A stretch of DNA of 64,000 bases, taken from NCBI RefSeq assembly GCF_032062105.1, contig NW_026938294.1:1-64000 (forward strand), read 5' to 3'. Position 1 is the stretch's first letter. Every line of letters starts with the position of its first letter. Shown piece after piece: positions 11,953 to 24,500 of the stretch. The notes under the pieces were generated by a model. The model had not been told where the DNA came from, made no database searches, and saw only the letters and a program-made list of their open reading frames with translations. Origin of the DNA: Saccostrea cucullata. Taxonomy: Eukaryota. The translations under genes and the position numbers were made by a program.

Positions 11953-13559
11953 TATTTAATTGTATAATAAAATGTTCTGAAAATTGAGGAAAACTGTGAT
12001 ATTATGATTTTATACTCGGATTTACGCATATTTTTGCAAAGAATGATCATTCTTCATGCCTTGGGTGTTTTACATTCAGAAATTCGAATTTTCCATAAAT
12101 TACATCTTTTTCAAGAACGATTTCATCCCTTTTTGGAATTTGTCTCTTACTCTAAAGGAATAAAGAGCTAAGCGGGAATATTATCCTGCACATGTTGCCA
12201 CATTTCATTTCCGGACTTACAAATTAAGAAAGACTAACGTAGAATTAAGTAGGTTAAATATTGCATTTTATATTATGAACATTGATGGAAGCGCCACTGC
12301 TAAAGAATACTAAACTTAACGGCGTTTTCTGATTAATAAACAATAAAGCTTTTCTTGAGAAATAAAGAAGATAATATTAAGAGGATGTAAATATTTAATA
12401 TTGAATGATCAGGTTCATATTCAGTACTTTGAAGGCAATTACATTAATTTAATTAATGTAAAATCGCTTCTGTATGAAGGAGTAAAAAGTTTGCATTACC
12501 TAACAAGAGAAGGTTACTAGAAGGAAATTAGATTCTTCTAAAGGTTCACATAACTTATTTCAAAATATACATTCCCAAACCTATGGCAACTTGGGCTCTA
12601 GAATATCCACTTCCTGACTGTAATTCGTTCATGAATACCTAGTATAAAAAATAACTTTATTTTATTTTTTTTTGTTATGAAACATTTATCATCTATATTA
12701 TCTATATTTTATTTTTTGGTCCCAAATTGTTAACAATAAGCTTCCAAACGTTCAATTCAATTTTAAAGAAACCAATTTTCATTCATTTTTTCCGCAACAT
12801 TTAACAATACATTTCAATTGAAAGAAATAATAGAAATAGACATTATTACACCTACATTCTGAATATTTAACCAGTCTCTCTTCTTCAAAGACTACAATGA
12901 CAATGTCCTTGATATTCACAGCAGATTGTTTGAAGCTAAAGTCTCCTATTGTTTTTGTCATCAGTTTCGCTACTTGATCACTAGGATAATCTAGAAACCC
13001 AAGTCCAAGTGTTGGAAAAGCAATGGAACTTCTACAATGACTGTTTGCCATTACCAGACACGTCATCATAAATTCCTCTAACGTCTACAAATATCAAAAT
13101 AATATCAAGAATACAAATTATACTATAGCAGTTTACTGCAGGAAAAATCTGCAAAATGATATAGTTTACTGAATCTAGAAATTATATTTAACTTTTACAA
13201 AACATGGTTTTTTCATTGATATAAACAGTAACAATTATGATTTTAAAATTACGGATAATGGATCAGGTTGACTGGTTCCCCATTTTTGCAGAGCCCCGTG
13301 GTACACAAATTTACAAGGAAGCTGATAACCTCTACTGGTTGCAATGCCTCCGTATTCAACGCCATTAGAATAATTCTGGTATAGTTCATCTTGCATTTCT
13401 CTACCGGCAGCACTTAACAAAGCTTTAGACAATCCTCCATTGTTGAGTTTTAAGTTTTTTGGTCCACTACACACCAACACATCTTCCTTTTTCATTAAAC
13501 AAAACTTTTTTCATGTAAATGGAAGTCATTTCTTTCACAGTTGGTATTTTGGTTCATTT

Positions 13560-13870
13560 ATTATACCGCCTGCTTGAAAAGCGGGTGGGTGTATAGTAAT
13601 CGTTATGTCCGTCCGTCTGCATGTCCGTCTGTTACGCTTGGGGTACCCATCTCTTATCTGCAACTCCTTTCATACCACTAAATGAAATTTGATGAAACTT
13701 TCACCGAATCTTTATTTCTTTATTACATATTGCCATTGTGCACCTCCTATTCAACTTTTTGATCCTACACATATTTTGGGTTTCCCATAGCAAAACATGG
13801 ACACTACCATTATATTCATGTGGGAGGCGGGGGTATCATTTAGTGAACTCATTGCTCACAAAACTCTAGT
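13560..13870 (+). mobile_element. Short Helentron-associated (HINE-like) element
   Basis: Subterminal inverted pair ataccgcct / aggcggggtat, (GTCC/GTCT)n tract and 3' hairpin gtgaactcattgctcac; absent from the homologous intron of copy A. Confidence 0.6.
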
Positions 13871-14649
13871 TTATGTTTATTTTGAACTAAAAAGTTTCAG
13901 GATGTCTATATGTTCACTCATGTTAACATTCAAACAATAACTTTTAAATCAATGAGAATAAACATGGCGTGGTGTTCTTTAGAAATTTTTTTAGAGAATT
14001 ATCAAACTATGTTCATCTTGATCTCATACTTCCCCATCCTACCCAAATTTGAATCTACAAATCCGAAGGATGTTTCCATTTCAATGTGACTAAACATGAC
14101 TTTGCTGTTCTTGTGAAGAAGATTTTTGAAGATTCCCCCTATAAATAAATTCTTTTCTAAAACTTTCATCCCCCATTGTGGCCTCGCCAATCCCCAGGGC
14201 CTATAATATGAACAAATTTGAATCTACATCCTAAGGATGCTTCCATATTGATATGATTATTGGAGTTTTCTTTTTCTTTAGATGAATATTTTAAAATATC
14301 TTTTCCCTAAGCATTTCCAAAAGATGTTGAATCCTCAATTTTGGCCAACCCTACTTAAGGGGGTGTGATTTGAACAAGCATGGATCCACACTACCTGCAG
14401 ATGCTTCAATATTAGTATGACTTATCATAGCTTTGTTGAATGTTCTTTAAAAGACTTTTCTTACATTTCTATGTTGAAATTGGATCCCCTTTTGTCACCT
14501 CACTATTTCGGGAGACATTATTAAAAAAACAATTACATACATTATGAAAGGTTTCACATACATGTATGTTTCAGCTTCAACAGTGTTTCAACATTAGTTT
14601 AGGAGAAAAAAATAATAAAAGATTCAACATAATTTAAACGTATTCTTGA

Positions 14650-15540
14650 TTCTTGAGTTTCTGATCGACAATATCTATGTGGTTTTGGAGACCAGGTATT
14701 CCAACAATCTACTGGACTTTCCATGGGTACCAATTGCGCTCCGTTATTAGCAGATCTATTTTTGTATTCATATGAAGAAGAATTTATACAAAATCTTATG
14801 CGTGAAAAGAAGAAAACACTTGCTGTGGCCTTCAACTCGATATTTAGATATATCGACGACGTATTATCATTTAACAATGGTAATTTCCATTACTACGTCG
14901 ATACAATATATCCTGGAGAGCTTGAGATAAAAGATACCACAGAGTCTGACACATCTGTTTCATACTTCGATATTTTACTTGAAAAAGACGTAAATGGTAA
15001 TATAACAACCAAGCTATATGATAAACGTGATGACTTTAACTTTTCTATCGTGAACTTCCCTTACTTATGCAGCAATATACCTTCATCACCTGCATACGGA
15101 GTTTATATATCTCAGTTGATTCGATACGCAAGAGCATGCTCTACGTATGAATAATTTCTAAAACGAGGTAAATTATTGACAAGCAAGTTGATGAAACAAT
15201 TCAGAATATCAACAGTCTCGTTTAAAGTCATCATTTCGTAAGTTCTATGGTCGATACAATGACCTTGTCAGCAAATTGAATTTATCATTAAGTCAAATGC
15301 TAACTGACGTTTTTCATACTAATTGTTAGTCCATTATTATACATTGAATTGACGACGGATTTTTCCGTTATTTTCCGATCATGACAAGGAGCACATGGTG
15401 GGTGTGACCGGTCAGCAGGGGATGCTCACTCCTCCATGGCACCTGATCCCACCTCTGATGTTTTGGAGGTCTGCTCCTGTTTTGTTTTGTTCTATGGACT
15501 TTGATATTGAATACTGTTCGTCATCTCCATATCCATCTCT
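14650..15540 (+). mobile_element. 5'-truncated Penelope-like retroelement (RT/thumb)
   Basis: ORF 14723-15154 MGTNCAPLLADLFLYSYE...FRYIDDVLS...SNIPSSPAYGVYISQLIRYARACS with a premature stop; inserted relative to the homologous intron of copy A. Confidence 0.85.
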
Positions 15541-16229
15541 GAATTATCTCCTTTTAAAAAAACAGATGTTTTTTGGCAAAATTGGTTGAAACTGACACAA
15601 TGGTTCTCGAGAAGTCTTAAACGTGAAAACTTTACAGACGGACGGACAGAGAGGCAGGTAGACGAACAGACAAACATAAGAGGAGAATTCTGATATGGTC
15701 CATTACGGTTTTGCCGATAGGGGACTAATAAGCTCGAAAATTTACCTGTTGGTTACACAGATTTCCTATGCTAAGGACTACTCTGATATTCCCGACAATA
15801 AAAAATTGGCTATCATGGTCTGTAACCATTGTCACGGTGCCTTATGGAACTCTCGGTTGATCACTGAAAACTGAAGATTGAAACTATGTTAATAATTCGA
15901 GTACTGTATATAAGTCATGTTTGAAATTTTAGTTGCCAAGAAGCAGAAGATTTGATAGATTCAAAGTCTTCCTGTTATCACTGACGTTGTTTTGTATCCA
16001 AGCTGACAAAAGACGGTGTTTCTGAGAAATCTGAATAAAAATTTATCTAATTCCAAAAATTACGTATTATTACTTTTAAGACAATAGATACAGTACACTT
16101 TCAGATAACAAAAAGCATGTTATTTGCCGTTTATCTTCCTTGTAAGCGAAAAAATGTAAGTATAAACAAGTTCGCGACTTAACTTGACTATCTCGATTCC
16201 TTTTTATTTTCTTTTATGTAATGAGATGT

Positions 16230-16399
16230 NNNNNNNNNNNNNNNNNNNNNNNNNNNNNNNNNNNNNNNNNNNNNNNNNNNNNNNNNNNNNNNNNNNNNNN
16301 NNNNNNNNNNNNNNNNNNNNNNNNNNNNNNNNNNNNNNNNNNNNNNNNNNNNNNNNNNNNNNNNNNNNNNNNNNNNNNNNNNNNNNNNNNNNNNNNNNN
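16230..16399. other. Assembly gap
   Basis: Run of N. Confidence 1.
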
Positions 16400-16622
16400 G
16401 TATATTAATATTTCTTCACTTAGGGCAGTTATATTAGTTTAAGAGTTGTTGTACAATGTGCTTTATAAATAATAATTAATTTCATTACAACGTGTATAGG
16501 TAACAATCCTCTGTTAAAACTAATGTCCAAATAACTGTATCTCACTTCTATTCTCTATGATCGTGTAGTGTAGGACAGCGCCGCGAGAATTCCATCGGCA
16601 TCGAAAGCAAGTTTTTTGACTT

Positions 16623-16712
16623 GCCTAGATAGCCGAGTGGTCTAGCGCGCTGTTCCTGCACTGCTAGGAGACAGATTCCGAAAGTCGAGAGTTCAACCCC
16701 AGGCTGGGGCGG
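16623..16712 (+). mobile_element. tRNA-derived SINE head
   Basis: A-box-like TAGCCGAGTGG and B-box-like GTTCAACCC; the anticodon region is not tRNA-like. Confidence 0.6.
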
Positions 16713-16733
16713 AAGTGAGTCTCCATGTAAAAG

Positions 16734-16876
16734 NNNNNNNNNNNNNNNNNNNNNNNNNNNNNNNNNNNNNNNNNNNNNNNNNNNNNNNNNNNNNNNNNNN
16801 NNNNNNNNNNNNNNNNNNNNNNNNNNNNNNNNNNNNNNNNNNNNNNNNNNNNNNNNNNNNNNNNNNNNNNNNNNNN
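16734..16876. other. Assembly gap
   Basis: Run of N. Confidence 1.
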
Positions 16877-19618
16877 TTTTAAAAAAACTTTGTTTATCTG
16901 CAAGTAACCATCACAGATGGATTGAGAAAAATTGCCGTCATAAACAATAGACAATTGATAAGAAACAGTTATAAACAGAAGATACTTAACATTATATCTT
17001 TAATCATTTCGTCATTTTTTTAACGTTCCTTATTCATGTAATATCACACTATCATCTGCATATGGTGTTTACATCTCTGAACGGATTAGATACTCAAGAA
17101 AATTCTCCGAGTACAATCGGTTTTTAAGATACTGACGAGTTGATGTCACAGGAACTTAAACAACCACATTTAAAGTCAGCATGATCGTAATAATGACATT
17201 GTGAGCAAGTATAACCTTTCATTGGGTCGTATTTTGGCTGACCTGTTAATATCGATTTTTTGGCCTTTGTTTTTATACTGAATTGACTAAGAAATGTCAT
17301 GTTTTTTGATGAATACAAAGGGATCACGATGGGTGTGACCAGTCGGCAGGGGATAGTTACTCCTCCTAGCAACCTAATCCCAACTCTGAATTTTCTAGGG
17401 GTCCGTGTTTAAAACCAATTGGGACAGACTGACAACAGCTAGTCAAATGTACATCCAATTAAAAAGACAAATATATAGAAAGGAAACCTTATGTTGGTTT
17501 TTTTGAATTCGAGCTGTTTTAAATTCGATTAATTGCAAATAATGTGAGAAGGGCGCAAGAGTGAAACTGAAACAGGGGGCAAAATTTCCTTATTTACCTC
17601 ATTACTGAAAATTCGGATAAAAGCAAGTTTATTGTTTCCTTTTGGACAGCAACTATTTCACTCGGCTTTGCTTTTGGAACTAGTTTCTGTCTTTGAAGAC
17701 AATGAACTTGCTCTTTTCCTAATAGACAGTAAATATTTTCCCTTGTGGCTTCAAATCTATGGTAGCTATGGTATAGCTAGATTTGCAAACTAACATATTT
17801 GCTTTATTTTTATGATATAGAATTAAATTTTTTATTCAATATGGGATCTTTAGTGTTATTAAACAACACATTTTTTCTCCATAAAAACTTGTAAATTGAA
17901 AGGCCATGGGTCATTTATGCATGTAACGCATTTATAAATAATTTTTTTGAAAATGCTAAATACATTTTCTAGTTATGCATGTTCTTTCTTATTTTCAAAG
18001 TTTTAGCATTCTACACGTTTGACAATTTTGTCGCTTGCTTCTATATCGAGACCCCTATCCCATATTCATAGCCCCTCCTCAATATTAATATCTAAAACAG
18101 CATGAAACCCCAATGGAAGAGTGCTCCTCATGAGTACATGTTTGAGAATAGCATATCATGATATAACACTAATGTATACAACAGGGTATCTCATCTGCTA
18201 CATTAATGAGTCATTCGAACATTTTTCAGATCAAACCTTGTATTGAGTAAGACTATAAGTACATTTTAAGGATACATACCATAAACAAATAGTCTTATCT
18301 CCTACAAAGAAGAGTTATAATGGTACATTTTCAATATTTCTTTTAATAGAGATGTAATTAAGTTATTTCCATTGAAATACACCCAAGGAAATGTTCAATG
18401 AGAAAAACTTCATACCGGTACATTTCTAAAACTTTTTGAAAAATGTATTGAGCTGTGAAGTTGCATTATGACACTTTTCACGAAAGTATGTGGCTAAGTC
18501 AAATATTATGCTGATATACTAAACAAATATCACTTATCAAGCGAGAGAGGCACATACTTCAGCAAATACCATAAGACATTAATACAAATGTAATTAATAG
18601 AAAATTTGCTTTTAATATATACCCTTGCAATGCAAAAATATTTCGCGGTATAATACAATATGCGTCCCAACAGAAAGTTTTTTTTCATATAGGCAGAGTT
18701 TCAGTTTCTGTATTAATCGTATTTATTTATATTTAAAAAAAAAGATAGACAGGGCTACTGAATAAAAACTGTCTAAAGTCTACAATGGCTTAGCGATTAT
18801 TCTCTGATCAGCAACATTCAGTTAGAATTCCCTCCCCTCCATATTCAAAGATTCAGCTACATATAGCTATTGCCCCGTCCATCCGTCCATCTGTATGATC
18901 GTGTGTTTGTCTTTTTGTTTGTTTATGTGTTTGTTTGCAAAAAAAAAAAAAAAAAAAAAAAAAAACTTTTACCCTACCTCACCTTTTGATTGGCTGGAAG
19001 CCAAGGCTTTCATATTTCACAGGTGTATTTCTTGTTACAATACCTTTCTTTGGGTACCAACATAAAAACAGCATGTCATTTACCCATTTTTGAAATTATT
19101 ATCCAGGCTTTAGCCTTGTGTATAACCGTATATGTGAATAAGTATATATATGAACAAATACTGCTAGGATTTTCATGTTTTACTTGTAGATTTCCATAGT
19201 TAAGATCATTTCTTTGGGTGCATATGTTTTTTTTATTAAGACCGAAAACTTTAACCTTGGTCATAACTATTGAATGCTTTTTTACTTTATATATTTTTGA
19301 CAAAGCCTCTCTAGGGTACATCTACCGACAATTTCGATTTCTTTTGTCCTTTATCTTGGAAGTTGGCTAACCTTTGAAAAACTTTTTTTGTCTGTACTTT
19401 TTAAACATTAAGTACTATTAAGGCTTTCATAATTCACATATACATTTCATATGACAAGATCCTCCTCTGGACACTACTAATTTTTATCCTTTGACTTTGG
19501 AAGTTTACCTGTATTGTGAAAACTTTAAACTTTGCCAAAACGTTTTTACATTTGGTACAAATGCTTTCTTATTACATGTGTTTCCTTGTGACAATATATT
19601 TCTTTGAGTACCATTTTC

Positions 19619-20248
19619 AGCCGGGCTCATTGCTCGTAGAGCAATGTCCGGCTTTTGCGACGGTGTTCAACAGGAAATGCTGCTTCATCACCACTTAATA
19701 AAATTTACGCCTTAGAATATAGTACGTTTTCGCAATCACCTTTGAGGCAATACAAACACTTAATTAAACTTTCAAAGTCATCTGAAATTGTCAAAAAAAT
19801 AATTATAATACAATACTTTCTATCGTCTTCGACGATTAATTGTTTGCTTAAAATATGCGAAAGGTATTCATCAGGTATCCCTGTCTGCGTCATATTCTAT
19901 AAATAAAGGTTGTACTATCAGGCTAACACAAATGCAGGAACTAATGACTTGATGTACGCTTTGATGCAAAACTCCCCGCTGAGGACACATCTGTGCATAA
20001 TCGTTTGACCTTAAATAATCTTGCTGCATCAGTGTTTATTTACTTCTGTTGGTATATAAAACCCCGAAACGATACATGTGACAAATATTTTACGCTGTTA
20101 AATTCTAGCTACATTTTAATTAATTTTTAAAACTTTTTAATGCTATATATGACATAGAGATATATAATTATCTTCTCAATGTCTGAATCGGCTTGTTTTT
20201 AATCTGTCATCGCGGTCTTTGTTCGTTACCCTGTAAATGAGCCCGGCT
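19619..20248. mobile_element. MITE with 13-bp TIR
   Basis: AGCCGGGCTCATT ... AATGAGCCCGGCT. Confidence 0.7.
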
Positions 20249-20843
20249 TTCAGCACTTCTGAGTACTTTGATTTTCTTTATCTCTTGACCTTGGAGTTTG
20301 ACTTGCAATTTTCCATATGGGGCATTAGTGACAAATACCAACACATCTTGTTTTTTTCTATTCTGCTTAAGTTTTTAAGCTGTTCGTCCTCAAGTTGGCG
20401 TAAATCAGGTACATTCATACAAATACTTTCATATTGTACTTACTAGAAATTTATAAAACAATATATTCATTTTTTTAAGCACATACACTGTACAAAATCA
20501 AGGTCAATAAAACAATACGTACAGAGTCAATTAAACCTGTTTTTCACTTAAACTTGTAAAAAGCGCTAATAATTCTACGTATAGTAAAATAATGGAATAT
20601 CAATCTCATATACAAGATGTTTATTATGGTCCATAAATAACGTTAAAAAGTTGAATTTAGGTACACATACACAATATCCTTCAAAACATCTCTATTATCA
20701 ATTTCAAAGTATTGAACATTCAAATATTTCAACAATTACTGTCAACGCTTTTCCTTCAATGCTTATAGGAAGGGAAAAGGGCTTGAGATATTTCCTTAGG
20801 CACGAAATTACATGAGTTGTACTGCTTCGAAAAAGACTGGGAA

Positions 20844-21083
20844 CCACGGAAGCCGGTTGGAGCCAGGAAAAAAATTATTTTATCTTGAGATCGCCACATA
20901 AATAACTCGCACCGCCAGAAACTTACAGGATACAAAATTATCTGGCAGATACTTATTTGGCGCCCGTAATATAATTTTTTTGGAGGCCACCAGAAATTAT
21001 CTAGTGGCCGAAATTAAAATTATTCCCTGGCGGCCGCCAGATAAAATAATTTTCTACCAGCCACCTACCGCTTCCGCCGTGGT
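20844..21083. mobile_element. MITE with imperfect TIRs
   Basis: accacggaagccggttgg...aattatttttatct vs agataaaataatt...ccacctaccgcttccgccgtggt. Confidence 0.6.
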
Positions 21084-21509
21084 CATTATCAAATATTAAC
21101 GAAAATCTTTTTCTTTTCAATCAAAAAAATCATATTCAGATCATCTGACGGTATATTATATCTATTTATAATCTTTAAAAAATATTTATAGTAATGAGTA
21201 CGTATTTTGTGATTTCTAAACTGTCTTAAAATTATCTTAGAAAAATATACTCTTAAAGTTGCGATATTTGCAATATAGGTGATTTCCAAAAAGAATAGAT
21301 AGGAAACACCATCCTCGGATATCTTGCATTACTGCTTGGTAACCTTATTTTATAATCAGGGAACTAACAAAACAAAATGATAAACGTTAATCGAAAAATT
21401 CTAGGAATCAATTTTAATTCATTGAGAAACTAGTCGTCTGAAGTTAATGTCCTTTTTTTTCTGTATACACATCGGCACAGAAATAATGAAATCTAACCAA
21501 AATCACGGT

Positions 21510-24500
21510 CTAACAAGTGTACCAAATAAGATACTCGGGATAGGACTGATTTCTGTCATAAACCACAAACTCTCGGTCTGAAAAGGCTCCACCATTGGCC
21601 ACTACACTGTCATGGATTTCCTGATGAGTCGAACACACAGGGTTTGTACAGATTTTACATGGTGGTCTTTTATAATTTCCGCCTGAACTGGTCAGATAAA
21701 TGTCACCAAGACTCATTCTTACCAAAAACATTGGGTAACGGTTTTTGCTGTCACATCCTAAATAAAAGAAACTGATATATTAAGAAATGGTTGTAAAAAA
21801 ATTTTGAAAAGGATTTGACCAAGTTGTTCAACTGTTTAAATTTTCTATAATTTTGGAGTTATATAAATATTGAATGTACTAAATATTCCTACAAATTCAA
21901 TTTTAGTCTTTTTTCTTTGCATATGCATTTTTTCGTAATGCTTAACAGTTAAGGACCAGGACCTGGTTGTTATGAAAACTTTTGAAACGTTATAAAACGC
22001 ACTCCATGCTCAAACTGATACTCTGTTCTCATAATTATACACAAAATTATTATTAAAATCAGAGAGGAATTTTGAGCTTAAGTATTGTTTTGTAGTACAG
22101 AGTTTAAGCACTAAGTATGTACTCTTCAATTTTTAGAACTTCCAATAAGTCCATTGTAGTGTTTGGGGATTACCTGCATATGAATGTGACTTGGAGGCTA
22201 CTTCAGCTCCATACACTCCCGCTCCGAGTCTTCCGTTCGCTGCAAGCCGACTGTCCAATCCTTGACTGCAAATGACGTCAACATAATGAGACTTCGTGGC
22301 ATGGAAAAAATAGTACTCATTTATTTCGGAATGAGTATGTTTCGTCATTGAGGGATCCAACGAAGCCATTACTTCTACAGGCCCATGGGACTGTGGAATT
22401 TTATCCAGTGGGGTGAAATTTCCCTCTACGCTTGCTTTTCGGAATAACCTCTGGCATTCTTCTCCATACTTAAGAAACAGTTCGACATTTTCTAATCTCT
22501 GAATGCTGACAATACGTGCATTTCCTAAAGTCTTTTTTAACGTACTTTCAATGGATCCATGAGTGACTTGGTCAATATTTTCTAAATGGAACTTTCGTGA
22601 TTTTACTTGCAGATTCCACCATTTGAGCTTTTTGTCGGAGGTATATTTGGTCCAGTAGGGTGGTGATCTGAGCGCTTCTCGATATTTGTAATCAAGGTAA
22701 GCTTTTGTGCCTCGTTGTGGAATTGATTCCAAGTTTTTAGGTCTATTAGGGACTGAAGCGACTGAAGAAGTTTTACCTTTAATAAAACATGGTTAAATGA
22801 ATTAAATAACGTAATACTGATCAGTAATTCATGTGCAATGTATTTCTACTTAGTTTATTTATTGTATTTATACCTGAAGAATTGACCTGATTTATTTCGT
22901 CCCTGAATGCCTGTGAATATATAAGCAAAGATACAGAATTTTAATTTCATATACTAGTAATTTTCATTATAATTTTTATCAAGGTATGCTTATATAAATA
23001 TAGCTCAAATATATATTAGCTGCTATAATTACTCTATATTATATCTAGTGTGTGGGAATGAATTACAAAAATATACACTTACATTTAATACAAACTAACT
23101 ACATGTTTTTACTGTTGTCTTACACAAATGAGTATTTACCGTTTCCAGTTTAGGCAAATCACTACTACCCCCATACAGCACAATTCGTATATCTGAAATA
23201 CTCTGTTGCTGTCGGTGCTTAGAAAATTTTTCTATAGAAGTTACTGTTTTTGCGGCTGCCACGTCTGCAGGAAATTTAAGATTCCCAGTTCCGAGAGCGG
23301 GAATTGCTATGGATGTGTAGCCAGTATTATTTGCTTTCTCTAGACAACCCAAGACGAAGTCCTCTAGCACCTACAATGCGAAATCCCTAGCATAAAGATC
23401 CAACTATCTATTTTTTTTTTTTTTTTATTGTGGCATATCTGTTAGAAGTTACAAGATTTATTTTTGCTAACCTCATCAGGAAGTTTCGTACTTGCGGAAC
23501 GTTTTGAATACCATGGTAACAGAGTGCCATGATAAACTTCGTTGCAGCTCAGATTGTGTCCCTTTGATACAGCAATGTCGCCATGATTAATTCCTTGGGG
23601 ATAATTTTGAGCCAGTTCTTGAGATAACCCATGTCCAGCTGCTGTACCTATTGCAGCAGACGTTCCTGACGTCATTGCAAGATCATGGGCAACGCTGTTA
23701 ACAATGACGTTCACCTATTTGTGAAATGGTCATGTTAGAACTCAATATTTAAATTATAATATATTTCTGTATCGTAACATTTTAAGTATAAATTGAAGCA
23801 TTCAATATTTATGAATGATTATTGGTTGAAAAATGTCTTTGAGCTTTAATGAATGATAAAAACATAGTGAGGTTTACCCTTTGTTCAACAAGACTCCCAA
23901 CCAAAACAGTGACAGGAATACCCCCAACCTGACCAGAACATGACTGTCGGGTCATAGTACTCATGGCTTAAATGATACGAAATTACAAATATATGCAGAT
24001 TTTAAAACTTTTAAAACTAGAATTATTTTCCACATTAAAAAGATATAATGCCTATGCAAAACAAATTTGCATTCAAAATCAAAAGGAATTTTTTAAAACA
24101 ATATTATCACAGATAACTCAATTTATGCCGCTATGAGAAATATATTATATTTTACACCTTAGGATAATTCTGCATATCCCTGCGCAGTCTGCAGGATATG
24201 CGCCTTTATCGCAGCGCAATTTCCCCCTTAATGATTTGTTTTACATTTTACTTTATGTCATTGAATTAAATGATATATTCGACAAAACTGCATATCTGTG
24301 TTTGGTTATTTTTCACTGCATTATCAGGCTGATATTTCTCATAGGAGGCATAAATATGAAATCTGGTTGAATGCAGATTAATAAAATAAAAAATACTATG
24401 TATTTGAATATTCATATTCATGTTACACAAACCTGGGGTCCCTGGAACCGCGGTGACCCTCGATGATCCTCCTTTTAATTCTGTCATAAATTCCTAAAGA

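Larger units (their letters stand above)
10382..15829 (-). pseudogene. Macro-PARP copy B (single chimeric macrodomain plus PARP), frameshifted
   Basis: Exons 15829-15746, 13486-13253, 13084-12856 (229 nt, 2-nt deletion), 12638-12581, 11616-11029 and 10624-10382 (243 vs 248 nt, a 5-nt deletion before the catalytic Glu, plus W->TAG). All Macro3 exons are absent. Confidence 0.88.

Noticed and set aside
16623-16712. Possible tRNA genes here and at 29603-29686 and about 47200
   Set aside because: A and B boxes are present but no canonical cloverleaf or anticodon arm; one runs into a V-SINE domain, so these are SINE heads.
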